From: Bacillota bacterium
GTDB taxonomy: Bacteria; Bacillota; Clostridia; Saccharofermentanales; DTU023
DNA length: 64,000 bases
Direction: 5' to 3'
Assembly (NCBI GenBank): GCA_023622515.1
Contig: JAMNZB010000030.1
Coordinates: 414-64,413 of the forward strand
Shown here: piece after piece, positions 35,997 through 46,856 of the stretch
Position numbering within the stretch: position 1 is the stretch's first letter
Layout of the letters: each line of letters opens with the position of its first letter
Program-made: the position numbers and the translations under genes
The notes under the pieces: model-generated
Database searches by the model: none
What the model saw: the letters and a program-made list of their open reading frames with translations, nothing else
What the model was told of the DNA's origin: nothing

Positions 35997-36650
35997 ATGC
36001 GCAATAAAGATTGGATTAATAAGCTGGAAAGGAAATATGGCCGTTATGCTATTCCCGACCTAATGAAATATATCGTCCTTGGCATGGCTATTGTTTATAT
36101 TTTTGACTTTGCCCTGGCCCCGGGTATGCGTCTTAACCTAACTTACAGTCTGGCCTTTATCCGGAATAAGATTTTTGCCGGCCAAATTTGGCGGCTAATC
36201 AGCTTCATCTTTATTCCGCCCCAAGCCAGCCCCCTCTTCATTCTCTTATCCCTCTACTTTTACTGGCTCATCGGCGAAAGCCTTGAACAATACTGGGGCA
36301 GCTTCCGCTTTACCCTCTATTATTTATGTGGAGTCCTAGGTAGCATTGTTGCCGGATTTATCAGCGGCTATGCCACAAACCACTATCTCAACCTGACCCT
36401 CTTTTTCGCCTTTACCGTCCTGAATCCGGAATTTGAAATTCTTCTTTTCTTTGTCCTCCCGGTCAAAATGAAGTGGCTGGGGGCCTTATCCGCTATCAGC
36501 CTCCTCATCTCCTTCTTCGGTACCGGCCTCTCAGGAAAGCTGTCGATTATCGCCGCCCTGGGCAATTTCCTTCTCTTCTTCGGCCAGGACTTTATGGACA
36601 TGGCCAACAATATATACAGGCGCTATAAGTGGAAGAGGGATACAAAGTAA
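35997..36650 (+). CDS. rhomboid-like polytopic membrane protein (catalytic Ser/His not evident)
   Basis: Six predicted TM helices and the rhomboid-like GQIWRLISFIF motif. I chose ATG 35997 because a TATAAT at 35926-35931 overlaps the track start 35934. Confidence 0.55.
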   Translation: MRNKDWINKLERKYGRYAIPDLMKYIVLGMAIVYIFDFALAPGMRLNLTYSLAFIRNKIFAGQIWRLISFIFIPPQASPLFILLSLYFYWLIGESLEQYWGSFRFTLYYLCGVLGSIVAGFISGYATNHYLNLTLFFAFTVLNPEFEILLFFVLPVKMKWLGALSAISLLISFFGTGLSGKLSIIAALGNFLLFFGQDFMDMANNIYRRYKWKRDTK

Positions 36651-36717
36651 AGTTTCCTATCCTTAAGGGCTCTTTGCAGCTCATCAAATACGATAACTAT
36701 TCAGGCTTTATTTCCTC

Positions 36718-37713
36718 CTAGCCTCTTGAAGTCGTGGGATCAATAGCGTCTCGGAGGGCATCACCGATAAAGTTAATCGACATAACCAGGAGGACAATGA
36801 CCAGGCCGGCAGGGATCCAGAGCCATACCTTCTCGGTCAGGATGGTTATGGATTCCGCATCACCCAGCATATTACCCAGGCTTGCCGTTGGTGGCTGGAC
36901 ACCCATGCCCAGGAAGGAAAGAGCGGCTTCGTCAAGGATGGAAAAGGCCATGACAGAGGTCGCATAAACCAAGATAGGGGCAATGGTGTTGGGCAGAATT
37001 TCCGAAAAGAGAATCTTAGCTTTTGAAACACCCTGCACTTCTGTCCGTTTTATAAAGTTTGTTTCCCGGAGTGAAAGCACATTGCCCCGTACCAATCTCG
37101 CTACACCGGGCCAGTTTACAAAGCCGAGGATAATAATGATATTCCAAAGCCCCGGCTCAAAAATGGCGGCAAACATCAGGACCAGGAGTAAATAAGGGAA
37201 GGACATGACCATGTCAGTAAAGCGCATAATCACGGCATCCACCCAGGAGCCGAAATAGCCTGCTATAAGGCCCAGAGTGACCCCGATACTTGTCGATATC
37301 AGGGTTACCATAACGCCGACAAGCAGGGATATTCTCGTGCCGTAGAGAAGGCGGCTGAAAACGTCACGGCCGGATAAGTCCGTGCCCAGGATAAAATCTT
37401 CAGAAGGAGGACGACCAAAGCCGCTAACGATATCGGCCGGGTCGTAAGGGGCAAGTAAGGGGGCAAGTATGGCTAAAAGGGCAAGGATAAAGAAAAAGAC
37501 CAGGCTGACCATACCCAACTTATGCCGGCGAAAGCGTCTGGCTATCGATTGGATATAACTCTCTCCAAGCCCTTTTTCAGGGCCGTCTCTTCCCTTGTCC
37601 CGAGGATATTGTTCTTGGACGTCTTGCCGGCTGCTTGCTTGCTCCGGGGGTTCGGCTTCTTCACTATGCTGTTTTGGTATGTAAGTGTCCGGATTTTCTC
37701 TGCGTTTTATCAT
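36718..37713 (-). CDS. peptide ABC transporter permease (OppC/DppC type), operon 1
   Basis: ..LGTDLSGRDVFSRLLYG.. and an EAA-loop region (..FIKRTEVQGVSKAKILFSEILPN..). TAGGAGAAG SD. Confidence 0.9.
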   Translation of the reverse strand: MIKRRENPDTYIPKQHSEEAEPPEQASSRQDVQEQYPRDKGRDGPEKGLGESYIQSIARRFRRHKLGMVSLVFFFILALLAILAPLLAPYDPADIVSGFGRPPSEDFILGTDLSGRDVFSRLLYGTRISLLVGVMVTLISTSIGVTLGLIAGYFGSWVDAVIMRFTDMVMSFPYLLLVLMFAAIFEPGLWNIIIILGFVNWPGVARLVRGNVLSLRETNFIKRTEVQGVSKAKILFSEILPNTIAPILVYATSVMAFSILDEAALSFLGMGVQPPTASLGNMLGDAESITILTEKVWLWIPAGLVIVLLVMSINFIGDALRDAIDPTTSRG

Positions 37714-37722
37714 AGGCTTCTC

Positions 37723-38685
37723 CTAGTCCAAATGGATGGTCGGATCAATAAGGATATACAAAATATCCGTGATAATGTTGGTTATTTGTACCACAACCGC
37801 CGCTAAAAGAGCCGTTCCCATGATGACCGGGAAGTCTCTTCCTAAAATGGCCGTCATGGTCATAAGGCCCAGGCCCGGCCAGGAAAAGACTTGTTCAATA
37901 ATAACGGCCCCGCCAAAAACCGTCGGTATTTGCATGCCGATAACCGTAACAATCGTGATTAGGGCATTCCTCAGCGCATGCTTACCAATAACCTTAGCCT
38001 GGCCGATTCCCTTTGATTTAGCGGTACGGAGATAATTCTTCTGTAAAATTTCCAGCATGCCGGACCGGATATAGCGAATATTGCTTCCAACCAGCGAGGC
38101 TGACATAACGGTAACCGGCATAATCATATGCCTTATTGTATCGCCTATCGTCCGTTCTGCCCCCAAGGTATACATGCCGCTCGAGGGCAAAAGCCCTAGT
38201 TTACTGGTGAAAAAATATACCAGGACCATAGCCAGGAAAAAGCTGGGCACACTGATACTCAAAAAAGAAAAGCCCACGATAGCATAGTCACCGGCTGTGT
38301 ATTGCTTTACTGCGCTATAAATTCCCGCCGGAATTGCGATAAGCAGGGAAAGAAGGAGGGAGGTTCCCGTAAGTAAAAGAGTAGAAGCGATACGGTCTCC
38401 AATCATAGTGGCGACAGGCTGGTAAGTCTTGATGGAATAGCCTAAATTCCCTTGCAGAACTTCGCCAAGCCAAATAAAGTAGCGGACAAAAATCGGTTTA
38501 TCCAGGCCCATTTCCAGGGCTTTCAATTCCAGGGCCCCTTCTGAAATACGCGGCCCCATCAGCATATCAAGCGGATTGCCGGCCATATTCATAATCAGAA
38601 AATCTAAGAGTGTAATCCCAATTAAGACGGGGATCGCAATTAAAAGACGCTTAATGATGTAGCGTATAACTGTTTTTCCTCTCAC
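37723..38685 (-). CDS. peptide ABC transporter permease (OppB/DppB type), operon 1
   Basis: N-terminal IIKRLLIAIPVLIGITLL, ..NYLRTAKSKGIGQAKVIGKHALRNAL... GTG start with a purine-rich SD. Confidence 0.9.
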   Translation of the reverse strand: MRGKTVIRYIIKRLLIAIPVLIGITLLDFLIMNMAGNPLDMLMGPRISEGALELKALEMGLDKPIFVRYFIWLGEVLQGNLGYSIKTYQPVATMIGDRIASTLLLTGTSLLLSLLIAIPAGIYSAVKQYTAGDYAIVGFSFLSISVPSFFLAMVLVYFFTSKLGLLPSSGMYTLGAERTIGDTIRHMIMPVTVMSASLVGSNIRYIRSGMLEILQKNYLRTAKSKGIGQAKVIGKHALRNALITIVTVIGMQIPTVFGGAVIIEQVFSWPGLGLMTMTAILGRDFPVIMGTALLAAVVVQITNIITDILYILIDPTIHLD

Positions 38686-38735
38686 TTCCCTTCTTTCCTC
38701 TCCTTTTAGCGCTTCAAAATTATCTTATATACTCT

Positions 38736-39869
38736 TTAACGATTTGTGTTTTCTATTTCTGCCGTCCGCCTGGCCCCTTCAAAGGCAAGGACAAGATCTT
38801 GCCTGCCCTCCCGCCCCTTCCGGTCTCGCAAGACAATAGGGCAGGCTACACAATGGGCTTTGCGATAGGCCCTGCAGTCCCCATCTTGGTAGACCCTGCC
38901 ATCGCTTTCCAAAAGCGGTCTGATTTTTTTGCAGGATTCTTCTGCAATCGGGCAACGGGGGTGGAAGGAACAACCGCTTGGCGGGTTGATATTCGAGGGC
39001 ACCTCACCGGTTAAAAGGCTGCTCTCGTCAATAACCAGGTCGGGGTGGGGTATTGGCGAGGCGGAAATCAAGGCCTGGGTATAGGGGTGCAAAGGACGGG
39101 CAAAGAGTTCATCGGCAGGGGCAATTTCAACAATTCGCCCCAAATACATAACGGCAATACGGTCGCTGATATACTTCACAACGGCCAGACCATGAGCTAT
39201 AAACAGGTAGGCAAAGCCCAGTTCTTCTTGCAGTTGGGAAAGTAGATTTAAAATTTGTGCCTGGATGGAAACGTCCAAAGCAGAAACCGGCTCATCACAA
39301 ACGATAAGGCGGGGTTTCAGGGATAGGGCTGCAGCAATACCGAGCCGCTGCAGCTGACCCCCGGAAAATTCATGGGGATAACGGCGGGCACTATTGGCCG
39401 GCAAACCAACCAGCTCAAGAAGCTTGGTCACTTCTTTGCCAACCGTATTTTTATCCGCCAGGCCATGATACAAGAGAGGCATGGACAAAATATCATAAAT
39501 TCTTTTGCGGGGGTTCAAGGCCGAGTAGGGGTCTTGAAAAATCATTTGCAAGTCAAGGCGGGCCCGTTCTTTGGGTTTGCCACTAAGCTCGTGCAAGTTT
39601 TGCATCCGGTAAACAACCTCGCCCTCTGTCGGCTTTTCAAGGCCGATAAGAAGGCGGCCCAGGGTTGACTTGCCACAACCGGATTCACCGACCAGGCCCA
39701 GGGTTTCTCCCTCATATATCGTAGCATCTACACCATCCACCGCATGGATAGTATCTTGCTTAAACCAATAGTCATCATTCCGGCTGCTATAATACTTTTT
39801 TACCCCTTCAGCAGAAATCAGAGGGGGAAAAACCAGCTCGGCTCTTTTTTCCTTACGCCTGGACTTCAT
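38736..39869 (-). CDS. peptide ABC transporter ATP-binding protein (OppF/DppF type), operon 1
   Basis: Walker [18 protein letters not shown], Walker B. C-terminal Cys-containing oligopeptide-transporter extension (..[12 protein letters not shown]....C). Confidence 0.9.
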   Translation of the reverse strand: MKSRRKEKRAELVFPPLISAEGVKKYYSSRNDDYWFKQDTIHAVDGVDATIYEGETLGLVGESGCGKSTLGRLLIGLEKPTEGEVVYRMQNLHELSGKPKERARLDLQMIFQDPYSALNPRKRIYDILSMPLLYHGLADKNTVGKEVTKLLELVGLPANSARRYPHEFSGGQLQRLGIAAALSLKPRLIVCDEPVSALDVSIQAQILNLLSQLQEELGFAYLFIAHGLAVVKYISDRIAVMYLGRIVEIAPADELFARPLHPYTQALISASPIPHPDLVIDESSLLTGEVPSNINPPSGCSFHPRCPIAEESCKKIRPLLESDGRVYQDGDCRAYRKAHCVACPIVLRDRKGREGRQDLVLAFEGARRTAEIENTNR

Positions 39870-40872
39870 CCTTTAACCCCCTATCTTCTTTACTTATCAT
39901 CAGCTCCCTCGCCCGCTCACAACGAACAAAATGCCCCTTGTCCATTTCCAGCATCTTTTGCTCATTTCCCCGGCAAGGAGGCCTGGCAAAGATGCAACGG
40001 TCATAAAAACGGCAACCCGTCAACTCACTATAGTTTGCAGGAACAACACCGGGTATTGAACTGAGCTTTCGGTCAGCACTGTCCGTAATGCTGGGAACGG
40101 TACGCAGCAAGGCTACGGTATAGGGATGACCCGGGTCTTCAAACAAGGTGCGTAAAGAACTTTCTTCTACAATTTGGCCTGCATACATAACTAAGATGCG
40201 GTCGGCCATCTGGGCCAGGAGACCGATATCATGTGTAATCAATAAAATCGAGGTGTTACGTTCCCGGGCTAAAGACTTCAGAAGGGCCATAATTTGGGCT
40301 TGAACAGTTACATCAAGAGCCGTTGTCGGTTCATCGGCAATCATAATATCCACATCACTGGCAATGGCCATAGCAATCATAACCCGCTGACGCATGCCGC
40401 CGGATAGGGTGTGGGGATACTGGCCGGCAATTTTTGCCGGGTTGGGCAGGCCAACCCTTTCCAATAAGGCAAGGGCTTCCTTTTTAGCCTCTTTCTTGCT
40501 AATCGACTTATGAGCCCGAATGGCCTCACCCACTTGATTGCCCACCGTAAAGGAGGGATTGAGACTGGTCAAGGCATCTTGGAAGATCATGGAGATGTGC
40601 CTGCCCCGGATGGCATCCATTTCTTTGTCAGATAAGCGGACGAGATCCTGTCCTTTGAACAGAATCTCGCCATCGCTAATACGTCCGTTTTTGGCCAAAA
40701 GTCGCATTATGGCCATTGATGTGATGCTCTTACCACTACCGGATTCACCCACAAGTCCTACTACTTCGCCGGGGTAAATGGCAAAGGATACATCTTGCAA
40801 ATAGGTGTGTTCGCCGAAGTCATCAGAGAAGGTCAGCTCCAGACCCTTTACTTGTAAAATCGCTTCAGCCAT
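39853..40872 (-). CDS. peptide ABC transporter ATP-binding protein (OppD/DppD type), operon 1
   Basis: GESGSGKS, LSGGMRQR, ..CRFYDRC... I preferred ATG 40872 (TAATG coupling to the SBP stop). The track start 40896 is possible. Confidence 0.85.
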   Translation of the reverse strand: MAEAILQVKGLELTFSDDFGEHTYLQDVSFAIYPGEVVGLVGESGSGKSITSMAIMRLLAKNGRISDGEILFKGQDLVRLSDKEMDAIRGRHISMIFQDALTSLNPSFTVGNQVGEAIRAHKSISKKEAKKEALALLERVGLPNPAKIAGQYPHTLSGGMRQRVMIAMAIASDVDIMIADEPTTALDVTVQAQIMALLKSLARERNTSILLITHDIGLLAQMADRILVMYAGQIVEESSLRTLFEDPGHPYTVALLRTVPSITDSADRKLSSIPGVVPANYSELTGCRFYDRCIFARPPCRGNEQKMLEMDKGHFVRCERARELMISKEDRGLKDEVQA

Positions 40873-42503
40873 TACTCGGTAAATGTCCACTCCCATACAT
40901 TAGAGAAGAAGCCATAGGCGGTAGGGGCACAGTGTTCAAGCTTGTTATTGACAACCCCCATGGGGCTTTGGATGTAGAGGGAAATTACGGGCACTTCCTC
41001 TTGCACCAGCCGGTCAAGTTTGCTGTAGGCCTCTTTCAAGCCTTCTTCATCCCCGTCTTCCACTTCCATTATTGCGGCAACAGCTTCGAGAATCTCATCA
41101 CTGGCGTGAATTCCCCAGCTGGAGAACAAGAATTCAATGTCTAAAATCAAATCCAAGGGGACAAAGGTATATTGAACGGCAAAAATGTCATAGTCGTGGG
41201 TGTTGGCTTTTTCTAAGAGAGAGTTGATATCCATGGTCTGCACCTGAGCATTAAGACCGATTTTCTTAAGGTTTTGCACAACAACATTGGCCGCATTTTT
41301 AAAGATGGCGTCCCCTGAGTTGGTATAGAACTTAATTTCCTTAGAGGAATCCCAACCGGCTTCTTTCAGCAGCTCTTCCGCTTCTTGCGGTTGATAGGCT
41401 ACAGGCTCTAATTCTTCATCGAAGTAGGGGCTGTAGGAGCTAACAAAACCGTCTGTAATTTCACCATAGCCGTTAAGGAAACCATCAACCAATAAAACAC
41501 GGTCAATACCCATCAGCATGGCCTTACGAACCTTCACATCAGGGAATTTTTCCACATTGATGAATAAAAGATTATTGGTTAAAGGCCTATCATAGTAGGC
41601 GGAAAAAGCTTCTAGGTTGGCAATGGCTTCTTGATCAACCACAGGTATTGTTGCCATGGTGGGTTGGATGACATCAATTTCCCCACTTTGCAAGCCGGCT
41701 AAGAGGCCGGAACCCTGAAGGACGCGGATATTTAATTTGTTAATTTTCGGCTCACCCTTCCAGTAGCCTTCGTTGGCAACATAGCTGGCAAAATGGTCAA
41801 GACTGGCTTCCACCACGCGATAGGGGCCACTAACTACTTCCGGATGGGTAAACCAATCGGTTGTTTTCAGTTCTTCTGCACTGTAGTCTGCAAAAACATG
41901 CTTGGGGATGACAAATAAATATCCCATATAGTTGTTTAAGAAGGTATTTAAGGCAATGGGGACATTTGAAGTTAAGGTCAGGCTTTTATCATCCAGACGC
42001 TTGATACCGGGAATATCTTCCAATTTAGCATCATCGGCCAACTGACCGCCCTCATCAAAACCTTCAAAAACACTGTAGGCATAAACATTAACGTTACCAA
42101 CTCCTTGGCTGGCTACCTTCATAATCGTGAAAATGACGTCATCCGAAGTAATTGGTGTGCCATCGGACCAAACGGCATCCTCATCAATTTTGATCGTAAA
42201 GGTCAAATTGTCTTCTGTGGTAATTTCTGAAGCGATATGATAGACAAAATTCATATCTGCACCCAGTTCTACCATAGGCAAGAATTGCAAGCTGATTGCA
42301 TGGGTATTAACTATCGTAGCATCATACAAGAGAGGATTTAGTGTGTTAATCGTATTGGTTACACCAATGTTTACGATATCTTTAGCACTTTTTTCATCCT
42401 CTTTTTCAGCCGCTAAAACAGGCATGGAAAAAGCGGCTAAAAGCAAGGCCAAGACCATGACACTTGCAAATAAAGTTTTCATTTTCCCTAAAATTTGTTT
42501 CAT
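40872..42503 (-). CDS. peptide ABC transporter substrate-binding protein (family 5), operon 1
   Basis: 543 aa, signal peptide, SBP_bac_5-like pattern. AAGGAG SD. Confidence 0.9.
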   Translation of the reverse strand: MKQILGKMKTLFASVMVLALLLAAFSMPVLAAEKEDEKSAKDIVNIGVTNTINTLNPLLYDATIVNTHAISLQFLPMVELGADMNFVYHIASEITTEDNLTFTIKIDEDAVWSDGTPITSDDVIFTIMKVASQGVGNVNVYAYSVFEGFDEGGQLADDAKLEDIPGIKRLDDKSLTLTSNVPIALNTFLNNYMGYLFVIPKHVFADYSAEELKTTDWFTHPEVVSGPYRVVEASLDHFASYVANEGYWKGEPKINKLNIRVLQGSGLLAGLQSGEIDVIQPTMATIPVVDQEAIANLEAFSAYYDRPLTNNLLFINVEKFPDVKVRKAMLMGIDRVLLVDGFLNGYGEITDGFVSSYSPYFDEELEPVAYQPQEAEELLKEAGWDSSKEIKFYTNSGDAIFKNAANVVVQNLKKIGLNAQVQTMDINSLLEKANTHDYDIFAVQYTFVPLDLILDIEFLFSSWGIHASDEILEAVAAIMEVEDGDEEGLKEAYSKLDRLVQEEVPVISLYIQSPMGVVNNKLEHCAPTAYGFFSNVWEWTFTE

Positions 42504-42768
42504 GAATCACTCCTTATACTTGTTTTGCTTATCGCGGTACTGACATCAACTAGCGTAAAAATTAACTTACTGCTCTGCCGGCTTAACTATAATAAAATTC
42601 ATACTGCTTTCACATTTGCACGTAGCTGACAGTATAATCTATTTAGCCGCTTTACGAAATGTTTTTATGATTTGGTAACATATAGCCAATATCCTTATAG
42701 GCTATTGCTTATGTATAAGCGCCCTCTTCTAACTCGCCTTACCTTGTTTTTTCCGTCACTATTCCACC

Positions 42769-43488
42769 CTATTCTTCTGCTGCAAGAGCTAGGGCAATTT
42801 GAATCATCTCATTAAAGCCAATCTGGCGCTCTTCTGCGCTTAAACCCTCATTCTTGAAGATATGGTCGGCAACCGTCAGCATACAAAGGGCCTTTTTTCC
42901 TGCCCGTGTCGCGTTCATATAAAGGGCAGCAGCTTCCATCTCGACAGCGATAACGCCCATCCTGCTCCAATCATTATTTATACCGGGGTCATCGTCATAG
43001 AAAACATCAGAGGAGAGAACGTTGCCTACAGCACAAACTTTTCCCTTTCCTTCTGCAATGGCCACGGCTCTTCTCAGCAAATCAAAGTTGGCAATGGGAG
43101 CGAAGGTTCCCGGCAACTTATACTGGTCAGCAAAGTTAGAATCGGTACAAGCCCCCATGGCAAAAACAAGATCATGGAGATTTACATCATCCTGAATAGA
43201 ACCGGCAGACCCGACTCGGATAATGGTATCGACATCATAGAAGTTAAATAACTCATAAGAATAAATCCCCATGGAGGGCATCCCCATACCGCTACCCATG
43301 ACGGAAACAAGCTTACCTTGATAAGTACCGGTAAAACCTAGCATGTTTCTTACGCTATTAAAGCAAGTAACATCCTCTAAATAGCTTTCAGCAATATATT
43401 TGGCCCGTAAGGGATCGCCCGGCATCAATACGGTCTTGGCAATCTCAGCTTTTTTTGCTGCAATGTGGGGGGTTGGTGTCTTATTCAT
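42769..43488 (-). CDS. deoD: purine nucleoside phosphorylase (hexameric DeoD type)
   Basis: ..TPHI.A......VLMPGDPLRAKYIA.., ..GSGMGMPSMGIYSYEL.., ..VEMEAAALY... Confidence 0.92.
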   Translation of the reverse strand: MNKTPTPHIAAKKAEIAKTVLMPGDPLRAKYIAESYLEDVTCFNSVRNMLGFTGTYQGKLVSVMGSGMGMPSMGIYSYELFNFYDVDTIIRVGSAGSIQDDVNLHDLVFAMGACTDSNFADQYKLPGTFAPIANFDLLRRAVAIAEGKGKVCAVGNVLSSDVFYDDDPGINNDWSRMGVIAVEMEAAALYMNATRAGKKALCMLTVADHIFKNEGLSAEERQIGFNEMIQIALALAAEE

Positions 43489-43734
43489 AGTCTCTTCCTC
43501 TTTTCTCTTCTTGTATTTCCGCTCTTTTACTTACATTCAAAAAGAATTAAGAAATCCTGCTACCCCAAATAAATGCCGGTGCACCATCAAAGGCCAGGAT
43601 TTGCTTTTTTCTTCGTCTGTCCTATTATAAGGTATAATTTCATCTAAATTACAGATATTTTTCATAGGCTTTTTCCATCAAGCTTTTACCCCTTACGATG
43701 GGGCCTTATCATCTGCATACAAAAGTGAGGAATT

Positions 43735-44439
43735 TTGGCTAGACAAATACTATACATTCAGAATATACCCATTCATCTTAGCAGGCGAAAAGGGCAAAAG
43801 AGACTTATTCTCCGGGTTAGCCCTCCCGCCGGAGAAGTTTATATCAGCGCCCCCCAATATTGCAGCAAAAGGGAAATTGAGGAGTTTGCCAAGAAAAATA
43901 TCCCCTTTATTAACAAAGCGAAAGAAGACATTAAACATAATTATCCACAAGGGGGCAAGCGGTATAAAGACGGAGAAATCATCTACCTATGGGGCAAAGC
44001 TCTTACTATTCAGCTTGTGGCAGACACGAAAAAAAATACCTGCGGAGAAAAATCCGGTAAATTAATCCTCAGGCTAAAAGAAGACGGCAGCCCGGAAAGA
44101 AGAAGAAAGCTTGTTGAAGACTACTACCGCAAAGAGTTAAAAGCCCACATCCCCCGGCTGGCCGAAAAGTGCGAAAACAAAGTTGGCGTAAAAGCGGCTA
44201 AGTGGGATGTAAGAAAAATGAAAAGGCGTTGGGGCAGCTGCCAGATCAGGGAAAAGAAAATTCTCCTGAACCTGCATTTGGCTAAGTACCCCATAGCCTG
44301 TCTTGAAAGTGTCATGATTCACGAGCTGGTCCACCTCTTGGAGAGGCTGCATAATCGAAAGTTTTATGCCTATATGGATGAGTTTTGCCCGGAATGGCGT
44401 AAACTTGGTAAAATCCTTGAAAACCCTCTGCATGATTAG
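43735..44439 (+). CDS. M48-family/YgjP-like (DUF45) metallopeptidase
   Basis: HELVHLLERLH zinc motif near the C-terminus and the typical YgjP length. TTG start sits close to GTGAGGAA, so the start is uncertain. Confidence 0.75.
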   Translation: MARQILYIQNIPIHLSRRKGQKRLILRVSPPAGEVYISAPQYCSKREIEEFAKKNIPFINKAKEDIKHNYPQGGKRYKDGEIIYLWGKALTIQLVADTKKNTCGEKSGKLILRLKEDGSPERRRKLVEDYYRKELKAHIPRLAEKCENKVGVKAAKWDVRKMKRRWGSCQIREKKILLNLHLAKYPIACLESVMIHELVHLLERLHNRKFYAYMDEFCPEWRKLGKILENPLHD

Positions 44440-44567
44440 AAACAAATCATCGCACGTGAAAGCGTACACCAAGATTTTACTACAGCAATTTTACCTGCCG
44501 GTCGCTTGGCAAACTACTTGCAATCTTGCTGCTAATTCAAAATGATTGGCCGGTTTTTAAAGTAGCC

Positions 44568-45422
44568 CTAAGAATCGTGGATATCTTGCCAATGGAAGCC
44601 GATAATATTGTGGACATTGGAAACAAGCATAAAGACATTTTCGTCAATTTCTCTGAGATAATTCTTTAAACTGACATAGTCCCTTGTTGATACGACTGTT
44701 TTCACAACGATTTTTTTCTCTTTAGTATAGGCCCCTACCGCCTCATAGAGGGTTGCTGAACGGCCAAGAGAAATCAGGTATTCGGCGACCTTTTCCGGAT
44801 AGCGGGTGTGAATAATACAGTACTTTCCGGCATTCATGCCGTCGATGACATAGTCGATAACCATCCCGTTGAGGATGACGCCGATTAGTGAATAAAGGCC
44901 AACATTCAGGCTGAAGGTAAAGCCGGCAAATAAGGTCACCACAAAGTCAACAAGCAGTATCCCCTTACCCAGGTCAATACCGGTAAATTTATGAAGGATT
45001 TTGGCCAAAATATCACTGCCGCCGGTGGAGGCCGACTGGTTTAAGACAATAGCCACTCCGGAACCATAGAGTAAGACGGCAATCACGATATTTAAAAACA
45101 GGTCATCAATAAGGGGGGCCTCCATTGGCAGCATTCTCTCAAGAAACCATACAAAGCCGGAAAGGCCCAGGGAAGAAATAATGGTAATGATTCCGTAGGC
45201 ATTGCCGAACATAAGAAAACTGAGGCCGAACAAGACAAGGTTGACCAGAATCAAGAGAAGCCCCGTATCGAGAGGTACATAGTTACTGATAACCAGGGCC
45301 ATCCCGGTTGCTCCACCAAGCGAAAGCTTGCTGGGCAGCAGGAAGAAGTGGATACCCACCCCAATCATAACAACGCCTAAAATGATAAAAAAAGCCCGCC
45401 TAACTGTCATTTGTTTTCCCAT
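44568..45422 (-). CDS. YitT family membrane protein (DUF2179 C-terminal domain)
   Basis: Five TM helices with the typical ..GIHFFLLPSKLSLGGATG.. and a soluble C-terminal domain. Confidence 0.85.
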   Translation of the reverse strand: MGKQMTVRRAFFIILGVVMIGVGIHFFLLPSKLSLGGATGMALVISNYVPLDTGLLLILVNLVLFGLSFLMFGNAYGIITIISSLGLSGFVWFLERMLPMEAPLIDDLFLNIVIAVLLYGSGVAIVLNQSASTGGSDILAKILHKFTGIDLGKGILLVDFVVTLFAGFTFSLNVGLYSLIGVILNGMVIDYVIDGMNAGKYCIIHTRYPEKVAEYLISLGRSATLYEAVGAYTKEKKIVVKTVVSTRDYVSLKNYLREIDENVFMLVSNVHNIIGFHWQDIHDS

Positions 45423-45503
45423 ACATTTATCTCCTGACTTAATTAAAAATTGCTTTCCCCTACATTAAACCTTTGCTTTGCCCTACATTAACCCATATTA
45501 AAG

Positions 45504-46724
45504 CTATAGGTACTTTTCTCTAAAGTAGTGGTACATGGTGCATTCCAGCATACCATTGTACAACTTCCTGCGCTTATCAGCCTTATGGCCGGTATGCCCT
45601 TCAAAGTCAGCTGTGGTAATAATACTTGCCCGGATGCCGGGCTTGGTGAATTTTGTTTGAGGATAGAAAATCAAATTCGCTATTATCTGATGGATTTCCT
45701 CCACTTCCTTTTCCGTAGCCATCCGGTCCCCATAAGGGGGGTTGGCTAAAAACAAAATGCGTTCCTGCCGGTACTGAGCTTTTAGTCTTTCAACATCTAA
45801 GGCATTTACATTTTTTACCGAAAAATCGATGAGCTTGGCTACGCCGGCGCGCTCGGCATTGAGCTTGGAAAAGGCAATGCTTTTCCGACTGATATCGGAG
45901 CCGGCAATAAAGCATTCTGTCATATCCTCTGCATCCTCACCGGCTAAGGCCTCCTGCTTTACCTCGGCAAAGATATCTTGCCCGATTAAAGGCCATTTTT
46001 CAGCGGTAAAGGAACGCCTGGTCCCCGGTTTCACTCCGGATGCATACATGGCTGCCTCTATCGGGAAGGTGCCTGAACCGCAAAAGGGGTCATAGAGGAG
46101 CTCGCCGGAAAAGGGTTCAAAACGGCTGAGGCGAATCATGCCGGCGGCCAGGGTCTCACTGATTGGCGCTTCCGTGTTGGCTGTCCGGTAGCCCCGCCTA
46201 TGAAGGCCCGGGCCGGAAGTATCGATGACCAGTCGGACAATATCCTTATGGAAATAGTACTTGATTGCCAATTCCAGCCAGCGCTTGTCTTCTTCAATTT
46301 TTGTACCTTCTCTGAGCCCCCAGGCCCTTTGCAGGGAAAGGACAATACCCTTTTTAATCGTGCTCTGAATGGCCGGAGGAGCAAATAATTTAGACTTGCC
46401 GGAATAACCGCGCACAACGGTAAAGGCTGCTTTTTTAGGAATCCAGAGCGACCAATCAAGAGCTTTTACCCCCTCAAAGAGGGCATCAAAATCTTCTGCC
46501 GGAAATTCTGCCACACAAAGCTCAACCCTTTCTGCGCAGGCCAGGTGAACATTACAAAGGGCAATGGCCTTGCTGATTGCTTGCCTGTCTTGTTTTAGCC
46601 TAAGGCTTACTTGCCCATTACTAAGCTCAATGGCTTCGCTAGAGAAACCAAGGGCTAACAACTCCTCTTTGACGACCGCTTCAAGGCCTATTAATACCGG
46701 TAAGATAATTATATACATAGCCAT
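45504..46724 (-). CDS. THUMP-domain class I SAM-dependent RNA methyltransferase (RlmL/YpsC-like)
   Basis: N-terminal ferredoxin-like/THUMP region, ..DPFCGSGTFPIEAA.., and motif IV NPPYGDR. Confidence 0.85.
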   Translation of the reverse strand: MAMYIIILPVLIGLEAVVKEELLALGFSSEAIELSNGQVSLRLKQDRQAISKAIALCNVHLACAERVELCVAEFPAEDFDALFEGVKALDWSLWIPKKAAFTVVRGYSGKSKLFAPPAIQSTIKKGIVLSLQRAWGLREGTKIEEDKRWLELAIKYYFHKDIVRLVIDTSGPGLHRRGYRTANTEAPISETLAAGMIRLSRFEPFSGELLYDPFCGSGTFPIEAAMYASGVKPGTRRSFTAEKWPLIGQDIFAEVKQEALAGEDAEDMTECFIAGSDISRKSIAFSKLNAERAGVAKLIDFSVKNVNALDVERLKAQYRQERILFLANPPYGDRMATEKEVEEIHQIIANLIFYPQTKFTKPGIRASIITTADFEGHTGHKADKRRKLYNGMLECTMYHYFREKYL

Positions 46725-46856
46725 TTAACCTAGCTGTATTTTGCCAGCTGGCTACGCTTAATTCAAGAAGAAGGGAAAGAGAAATTGAAAAACAGGTCTC
46801 AAAAACCCGGGAAAAGATATAGGTTCAAAAAAACATACGAAAAATCACTTTCTTCT

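Noticed and set aside
43489-43640. Purine or 2'-deoxyguanosine riboswitch upstream of deoD
   Set aside because: The conserved junction and loop sequences (..UAUAAU..GGAUAUGGC..GUUUCUACC..CCGUAAA..ACUA) are absent.
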